From an uncultured Chloroflexia bacterium (GTDB lineage: Bacteria; Chloroflexota; Anaerolineae; Anaerolineales; Anaerolineaceae): 32,000 nucleotides of DNA. The position numbers were made by a program, and so were the translations under genes. The stretch covers positions 3,750,001 to 3,782,000 of the forward strand of contig OY969938.1 of assembly GCA_963704755.1 (NCBI GenBank), given 5' to 3'. Shown one piece after another: positions 26,906 through 32,000 of this stretch; position 1 is the first letter of the stretch; each line of letters starts with the position of its first letter. The notes under the pieces are model-generated. The model had not been told where the DNA came from. It did no database searches and was given only the letters and a program-made list of their open reading frames with translations.

Positions 26906-26948
26906 CCTCTTCTTTTCTTTTCTCCGTGCTCTCCGTGCCTCCGTGGTT
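26906..26948 (-). repeat. island-boundary motif, copy 3 (inverted)
   Basis: CCTCTTCTTTTCTTTTCTCCGTGCTCTCCGTGCCTCCGTGGTT is the reverse complement of AACCACGGAGGCACGGAGAGCACGGAGAAAAGAAAAGAAGAGG. Confidence 0.75.
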
Positions 26949-27078
26949 AATATCTCTTAACTATTCTTTGAAATTAAACTCAATATTAATTTTCGGTTAC
27001 AATATGGGTTGAAATTACCGGGCGGCAGGGATTCGTCCCTCAACCCACAACAACCTCTACGAATACAGGCATTCGCTA

Positions 27079-27663
27079 ATGAAACTTAAGTTAGCCCGGG
27101 CCATCAATGTGCTGGGGTTTTCTCCGATCCTGGCGCTGATCTCGATTTCGATAATTTATGGGTTGAAGCCGGATGTTTACGGTGGGCAGGCATTCTGGTA
27201 TATCTACACGATTGCATTTTTAGCCATCATCCCCATCACGGCCATCCTGCTCGAATTTCTTTGGATTTATCGAATCAAGAGGGAAGAGAACCGCACACCT
27301 TTTGTTTCGTTCTGGGTCAGTCTGTTTTCCTTTGCCATTGGCAGCCTGGGCTGCCTGATCTATGATTCACCCCACGCGGTGCTGGCCATATTCGCGGCAT
27401 ACCTGGCGACCGGGGTTGTGGTGGCGCTGCTCAAGCGCTCGCCCGAATCACCGGTCTCGATCTATGCCGCCGGGGTTGGCGGGGCCATTATGCTGCTGGT
27501 CTATTTCCTTAACTGGTGGTGGGCATTGGGTTTCTTGCTGATTATCCTGGTGGGGTGGTCACGGATGGTGACGGCGCACCTGTCCTTTACCCAGGTATTA
27601 GCCGGGGGGCTGGCTGGCGCGGCAATGACCGCGGTCAGCCTGTTTGTTTTTTACGCAATGTAA
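27079..27663 (+). CDS. integral membrane protein (weakly PAP2-like)
   Basis: 194 aa, about 6 TM segments. WSRMVTAHLSFTQVLAG loosely resembles the PAP2 SR-x5-H-x3-D motif. Confidence 0.6.
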   Translation: MKLKLARAINVLGFSPILALISISIIYGLKPDVYGGQAFWYIYTIAFLAIIPITAILLEFLWIYRIKREENRTPFVSFWVSLFSFAIGSLGCLIYDSPHAVLAIFAAYLATGVVVALLKRSPESPVSIYAAGVGGAIMLLVYFLNWWWALGFLLIILVGWSRMVTAHLSFTQVLAGGLAGAAMTAVSLFVFYAM

Positions 27664-27722
27664 GCGGAAAACCGGCCGTTTGCAAAAGCTCTCGTCTTTG
27701 GGTGGGCTATTCTTTATATTAA

Positions 27723-28694
27723 ATGGATGGATTCATGCGCAAAAAATATATTGCTCGGATTCTTTTTAGTGCTCTGGTCGTCCTTGGCCTGATTTCGGGC
27801 TGTTCTGCAGCCAAACCTACCGAAGTGGTGACCGTAAAAGTCGCCTTACTGCCCGTGCTGGACACCTTGCCGATCGTCGTCGCCCAGCAGGAAAACCTGT
27901 TCCAAAAATACGGGGTCAACGTCGAAATTGTTCCGGTGGGCTCGGCCCCGGAGCGCGACCAGTTGATCTCCTCCGGCCAGGCGGATGCCATGGTTAACGA
28001 GCTGATCTCGGTGATGCTGCTCAACCAGGACAGCCTGCAGGTGCAGGCGGTGCGCTACGCGCGCACCGCGACCGACACGCAACCCCTGTTCCGCATCCTG
28101 GCCTCGGGCACTTCCGGAATTCAAGACGCCAGTGGGTTGAGCGGCGTGCCGGTAGGCGTCTCCCAGGCCACCATCATCGAATACCTGACCGAGCGCCTGT
28201 TGGAGAAAGAGGGCCTGAGCGCGGACCAGATCCAGGTGCTGGCCGTGCCGAAGATCCCCGACCGGATGAATTTGCTGGCCAGCGGCGACATGAAGGCCGC
28301 CATGCTGCCCGAGCCCTTCTCGACCCTGGCGGTCCAGCAGGGTGCGTCGGTAGTGCTGGATGACACCATCCAGCCGGACCTGTCCTTCTCGGTGATCTCC
28401 TTCCGCAAGGCGGTCATCGATCAGCACCCCGAAGCGGTCAAGGGCTTCCTGGCCGGGGTGGAGGACGCAGTCAACTTGATCAATGCCAACCCGCAAAATT
28501 ACGCCGGCCTGATGGTGGACCAGCAACTGGTGCCCGCCCCAATAGCCGACAGTTTCAAAGTGCCGACCTACCCCGCCGCCGGTGTGCCGACCGAGGCCCA
28601 GTTCAAGGACGAAATGGCCTGGGCGCGCGATAAAGGCTACCTGTCCAAAGACATGAATTACGCGGATAACGTCAACGGGTCGTTCTTGCCGTAA
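27723..28694 (+). CDS. ABC transporter substrate-binding lipoprotein (NMT1/THI5-like, NitT/TauT family)
   Basis: Lipobox LISGCS, then a periplasmic-binding-protein body. First gene of an SBP-ATPase-permease operon. The start may be the ATG at 27735. Confidence 0.85.
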   Translation: MDGFMRKKYIARILFSALVVLGLISGCSAAKPTEVVTVKVALLPVLDTLPIVVAQQENLFQKYGVNVEIVPVGSAPERDQLISSGQADAMVNELISVMLLNQDSLQVQAVRYARTATDTQPLFRILASGTSGIQDASGLSGVPVGVSQATIIEYLTERLLEKEGLSADQIQVLAVPKIPDRMNLLASGDMKAAMLPEPFSTLAVQQGASVVLDDTIQPDLSFSVISFRKAVIDQHPEAVKGFLAGVEDAVNLINANPQNYAGLMVDQQLVPAPIADSFKVPTYPAAGVPTEAQFKDEMAWARDKGYLSKDMNYADNVNGSFLP

Positions 28695-28696
28695 CC

Positions 28697-29458
28697 ATGA
28701 TCGAAATTAGCGACCTGGGTTTTGGCTACGACCGGCAGATTCCGATCTTCGAGCATTTCTCCTGGCGGGTCAACCGGGGAGAAACCTGGGCGGTCCTGGG
28801 GCCCTCCGGGTGTGGCAAAAGCACCCTGCTGTCGCTGCTCAGCGGACTGGTCCAGCCGCAGTCCGGGTCGATCCGCGTGGACGGTGCGCCGCTGGCGCGG
28901 CCCCGTCCGCAGACCGGCCTGATCATCCAGGATTATGGCCTGCTGCCCTGGGCGACCTTGCGGGAAAATGCCCGCCTGGGGCTGCGCATCCGCAATTTTT
29001 ACGGTCCGGATGGGGTCCACGCTCCGCGCGATTATAAGCGCGGCCTGGAAGTAGATGCCTGGTTAGACAGGCTGGGGTTGGCACCTTTCGCGGAACAGTA
29101 TCCCGGTCAGGTCTCCGGCGGCCAACGCCAGCGCACGGCGATCGCCCGTACCCTGGCTCTGGATCCGGACCTGCTGCTGATGGACGAACCTTTTTCCTCG
29201 CTGGACGCGCCTACCCGCGAGGGGCTGCAAGAGCTGGTGCTGGAATTGTGGTCCGAGACCCGCCTGACCTTTGTGCTGGTCACCCACGCCATCGAAGAAG
29301 CCGCCGTGGTGGGGCAAAAGATTCTGCTGCTCAACCGCCCGCCGAACCGCGACGCGCTGGTGATCGATAACCCCGCGGCGGGAAACAGGGGTTTCCGCGA
29401 GAGCGCCGAATACCTGGCAGTCTGCCACGAGCTGCGGGCCAGATTGGAGCCGGCATGA
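28697..29458 (+). CDS. ABC transporter ATP-binding protein (NitT/TauT family)
   Basis: Walker A GPSGCGKST, Q-loop region IIQDYGLLPW, signature VSGGQRQRTAIARTL, Walker B LLLMDEPFSSLD and H-loop VTHA. Confidence 0.93.
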   Translation: MIEISDLGFGYDRQIPIFEHFSWRVNRGETWAVLGPSGCGKSTLLSLLSGLVQPQSGSIRVDGAPLARPRPQTGLIIQDYGLLPWATLRENARLGLRIRNFYGPDGVHAPRDYKRGLEVDAWLDRLGLAPFAEQYPGQVSGGQRQRTAIARTLALDPDLLLMDEPFSSLDAPTREGLQELVLELWSETRLTFVLVTHAIEEAAVVGQKILLLNRPPNRDALVIDNPAAGNRGFRESAEYLAVCHELRARLEPA

Positions 29459-30198
29459 AGCGCGGCAGCCTTTTGTGGGCAACCCTGGCTTTGCTGATGT
29501 TCTGGCAGATCCTGGCCATGCTGGTCCGGCAGCCGATCCTGCCCACCCCGGTGAAGGTGCTGATTACCTTTTGGGCGCAGTTGGTGCATGGGCCGCTCCT
29601 GGGGCATTTTCTGGCCAGTCTCTGGCGGGTGGTGGCCAGTACCCTGCTGGCGGTGGTCACCGCGGCGCCGGCCGGCTTGATCCTGGGCCAGTCCAAGAAA
29701 CTGGATGCATTTTTCGCCCCGTTGGTGTACATTTTGTACCCCATCCCCAAGATCGTTTTCCTGCCGGTTGTGCTGCTTTTTCTGGGGATCGGCAACCTGT
29801 CCAAAATATTCGTGATTTTCCTGATCCTGTTTTTCCAGGTATTGGTGCTGGTGCGCGACCAGGCGGCCGGGCTGCATCCTGAGCTGCTGCGCAGTGTACG
29901 CAGCCTGGGTGCGGGACGGCTGGCCTTGTTTCGCTACGTATATCTGCCGGCCAGCCTGCCGGGTATTTTGACCGCCCTGCGCCAGTCGGTGGGCACCGCG
30001 GTGGCGGTGCTGTACGTGGCCGAGCTGTTCGCCACCCAAAAAGGGTTGGGCTATTATATTTACCTCAACGGCAGCACCTTGTTCAATTACCCGGCCATGT
30101 ACGCCGGGGTAATCGCGATGAGCCTGCTGGGCCTGGGGTTGTATTTCGGCGTGGACGGGTTGGAACGCTGGTTGTGTCCCTGGCAAAAACGCGGATAA
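29455..30198 (+). CDS. ABC transporter permease (NitT/TauT family)
   Basis: 247 aa, about 6 TM segments, with an EAA-like loop (LRSVRSLGAGRLALFRYVYLPASLPGI). ATGA overlap with the ATPase gene. Confidence 0.9.
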   Translation: MKRGSLLWATLALLMFWQILAMLVRQPILPTPVKVLITFWAQLVHGPLLGHFLASLWRVVASTLLAVVTAAPAGLILGQSKKLDAFFAPLVYILYPIPKIVFLPVVLLFLGIGNLSKIFVIFLILFFQVLVLVRDQAAGLHPELLRSVRSLGAGRLALFRYVYLPASLPGILTALRQSVGTAVAVLYVAELFATQKGLGYYIYLNGSTLFNYPAMYAGVIAMSLLGLGLYFGVDGLERWLCPWQKRG

Positions 30199-30206
30199 AA
30201 TTGAAT

Positions 30207-30237
30207 AGATGGCCCGGCTTTCAAAGCCGGGCCATCT
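30207..30237 (+). terminator. hairpin after the ABC operon (carries the CCGGCTTTCAAAGCCGG motif)
   Basis: AGATGGCCCGGCTTT-c-AAAGCCGGGCCATCT, a 15-bp stem, 9 nt after the permease stop. No U-tract. The core is identical to hairpin 2 of the tandem-repeat unit. Confidence 0.5.
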
Positions 30238-30264
30238 GTCAATATGGCCTTCCACTGGTATAAT
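30237..30264 (+). promoter_or_regulatory. candidate extended -10 promoter for glyQS
   Basis: TGTCAA (30237-30242), 16-nt spacer, then TGgTATAAT (30256-30264), about 150 nt upstream of the glyQS ATG. Confidence 0.5.
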
Positions 30265-30305
30265 CTGATTGCAGTAGCTGCCTGGGTTCTGTTAAAAAGC
30301 AGCAT

Positions 30306-30352
30306 GTTTTTGAGGTTTTTCGCGTGTGTTGCACGCGAAAAACCTCAAAAAC
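30306..30352. other. perfect 21-bp-stem hairpin in the glyQS leader
   Basis: GTTTTTGAGGTTTTTCGCGTG-tgttg-CACGCGAAAAACCTCAAAAAC. Confidence 0.7.
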
Positions 30353-30413
30353 ACGCCTAATCTCCAGAATACCAGGGGGGAGACTGCTGGTATTTTCGTT
30401 CATTGGAGCAGGT

Positions 30414-32000
30414 ATGACTGAACCACTCGATTTCCAGACCATCATTATGAACTTGCAACAGTTCTGGGCGAACCAGGGCTGCCTGATCTGGCAGCCTTAT
30501 TACACCCAGGTCGGCGCCGGGACGTATAACCCGGCTACCTATCTGCGGGTGTTGGGGCCGGAACCCTGGCACGTGGCTTACGTTGAGCCTTCGGTGCGCC
30601 CGGATGACGGGCGTTACGGGGAGAACCCCAACCGGCTGCAGATGCACACCCAGTTCCAGGTGATCCTCAAGCCGGATCCGGGTAACCCGCAAGAAGTCTA
30701 TCTTAAATCGCTGGAAGCCCTGGGTATCGACCCGCGCCAGCACGATATCCGCTTTGTCGAAGATAACTGGGAATCGCCGGCCCTGGGCGCCTGGGGCCTG
30801 GGTTGGGAAGTCTGGCTGGATGGCCAGGAGATCACCCAGTTCACCTATTTCCAGCAGGCCGGTGGGATTGTGCTCGAGCCGGTTTCGGTAGAGATCACTT
30901 ACGGTCTGGAACGAATTGCCATGGCCCTGCAAAAGGTCCGCAACTTCCGCGATATCCGCTGGTCGCCGGAGCGCTTGTACGGAGATGTACACCTGCAAGG
31001 CGAGCAGGAGCACAGCAAATACTACTTCGAGGTCGCCAATGTCGAGCGGACCCGCAAGATGTACGAGCTGTTCGAGGCGGAGGCGATCTCGGCCCTGGAC
31101 GAGGACCTGGTGCTGCCGGCTCACGATTACGTCTTGAAATGCTCGCACACCTTTAATATTCTGGATACCCGCGGCGCGGTCGGCGTGACCGAGCGGGCCG
31201 CTTTATTCTCACGCATGCGCGACCTTTCGGCGCGGGTCGCCCGCGCTTACCTGGATCAGCGCGAGCGCCTGGAATTTCCCTGGCTCGCGGATGGCGGTTC
31301 GGCGGGCGCTGCAGCGACTGGTCCGGCTGGCGCCGAAATCCAGTCCACGACAGCCGCCGGCAGCCTTGCCGCCGCGGATTTCCTGTTCGAGATTGGCACG
31401 GAAGAACTTCCGGCCGGCGACCTGGATATGGCTCTCGATCAACTGGGCCAGCGCATGCCGGCCTTGCTGGATGAGCTGCGTCTGGCCTACGGCGGAGTGA
31501 CCGTGCAAGGCACACCTCGCCGGCTTGTCGTGACCGTAACAGGCCTTTCCGGCCGCCAGAGCGATAAAGAATCACTTGTCAAGGGCCCCCCGGCCAGCCG
31601 GGCTTTCGATGCCCAGGGCCAGCCGACCAAGGCCGGCGAGGGCTTTGCCCGCAGCCGCGGCCTCTCGGTCGAGGATTTGCAGGTGGTCGAGATCGACGGG
31701 GGCAGCTACGTGGCGGTGCGGGTCTTCGAGGCCGGCCGTTCAGCCGTCGAGGTTCTGGCCGAGGTGCTGCCCGGCTTGATCGCGTCGATCCGCTTCGACA
31801 AGTCCATGCGCTGGAATTCATCCGGGGTCAGCTTCTCGCGGCCGGTCCGCTGGCTGTTGGCCCTGTTTGGCAATACCGTGGTGCCCTTCCATTACGCCGG
31901 GCTGGCCTCGGGAAATGCGACCCGCGGTTTACGCTTCCGCGACCCGGAATCGGAGACTGTGGATGGGGTCGGCGCTTACGCTGACTTCCTGAAGAGCCAG
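30414..32000 (+). CDS. glyQS: glycine--tRNA ligase, fused alpha-beta (GlyQ-GlyS) polypeptide, 3'-truncated by the window edge
   Basis: My own translation from the ATG at 30414 (GGAG RBS) starts [52 protein letters not shown]...TYFQQAGG...YGLERIAM...[14 protein letters not shown] (GlyQ). It continues without a stop through the linker [28 protein letters not shown] into [14 protein letters not shown]...GTPRRL...RWNS...F.RPVRWL (GlyS N-terminus). The frame is open to 32000. It is absent from the ORF track because no stop lies inside the window. Confidence 0.95.
   Translation, partial: MTEPLDFQTIIMNLQQFWANQGCLIWQPYYTQVGAGTYNPATYLRVLGPEPWHVAYVEPSVRPDDGRYGENPNRLQMHTQFQVILKPDPGNPQEVYLKSLEALGIDPRQHDIRFVEDNWESPALGAWGLGWEVWLDGQEITQFTYFQQAGGIVLEPVSVEITYGLERIAMALQKVRNFRDIRWSPERLYGDVHLQGEQEHSKYYFEVANVERTRKMYELFEAEAISALDEDLVLPAHDYVLKCSHTFNILDTRGAVGVTERAALFSRMRDLSARVARAYLDQRERLEFPWLADGGSAGAAATGPAGAEIQSTTAAGSLAAADFLFEIGTEELPAGDLDMALDQLGQRMPALLDELRLAYGGVTVQGTPRRLVVTVTGLSGRQSDKESLVKGPPASRAFDAQGQPTKAGEGFARSRGLSVEDLQVVEIDGGSYVAVRVFEAGRSAVEVLAEVLPGLIASIRFDKSMRWNSSGVSFSRPVRWLLALFGNTVVPFHYAGLASGNATRGLRFRDPESETVDGVGAYADFLKSQ

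Larger units (their letters stand above)
22420..27050. other. AT-rich genomic island (probable horizontal acquisition)
   Basis: Sharp compositional drop. Hand counts of single 60-nt lines give 27% at 23281 and 45% at 24421, versus 65% at 21001. All five ORFs are orphans. The island is bracketed by inverted motif copies. The boundaries are approximate. Confidence 0.7.

Noticed and set aside
22476-26948. Island as an integron cassette array, with the boundary motifs as attC sites
   Set aside because: There is no intI in the window. The motifs lack the imperfect internal dyad and the RYYYAAC/GTTRRRY core pair of attC (GTGGTTAAT is only a weak resemblance). The genes run in both orientations.
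30260-30413. Glycine T-box riboswitch upstream of glyQS
   Set aside because: There is no T-box consensus (AAnnnGGGUGGUACCGCG), no AGAGA/GNUGGUA stem-I elements, and no identifiable GGC specifier loop. The perfect 21-bp stem is unlike T-box helices.

Overview
High-GC bacterial chromosomal segment. Hand counts of single 60-nt lines give about 65% G+C in core genes. Gene content (fused glyQS, F420-type DUF385 oxidoreductase, DUF2089/SHOCT pair, rhomboid) suggests a Chloroflexota-like organism, but that is inference only. The backbone is ordinary housekeeping: gmk, a rhomboid protease, an MFS transporter, a SixA-like phosphatase, a cytochrome P450, a MacB/LolD-type ABC ATPase, an alpha/beta-hydrolase plus hotdog thioesterase, a NUDIX/solute-binding-protein/large-membrane-protein operon, TetR plus a deazaflavin-dependent oxidoreductase, sdhCDAB, a NitT/TauT-type ABC importer, and a fused glyQS that runs off the right edge and is absent from the ORF track. 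Three things are not ordinary. (1) A roughly 4.6-kb AT-rich island (about 22.4-27.05 kb; spot counts 27-45% G+C) lies between sdhC and a membrane-protein gene. It is bracketed by inverted copies of a purine-rich AACCACGGAGGCACGGAG motif. It encodes five orphan proteins, of which three carry HEPN-type Rx4-6H motifs and a fourth has a classic HEPN helix pattern, with no recognisable antitoxin, nucleotidyltransferase or recombinase. This is my best candidate for an undescribed toxin/defence-type system. (2) A REP-associated tyrosine transposase (RAYT, HUH/Y1) has a 220-nt nested REPIN-like palindrome at its 3' end. A 135-bp hairpin-bearing element at its 5' end recurs inverted 9 kb away. Further GTAG-containing long palindromes are scattered through the window. 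(3) A 153-bp (51-codon) tandem array of about 4.2 copies, with A/B alternation and three hairpins per unit, is open in frames on both strands. A solo partial unit lies 1.6 kb away, on the far side of the hydrolase/thioesterase pair. No rRNA, tRNA or CRISPR array was found. All family assignments come from motif recognition by eye; no searches were run.
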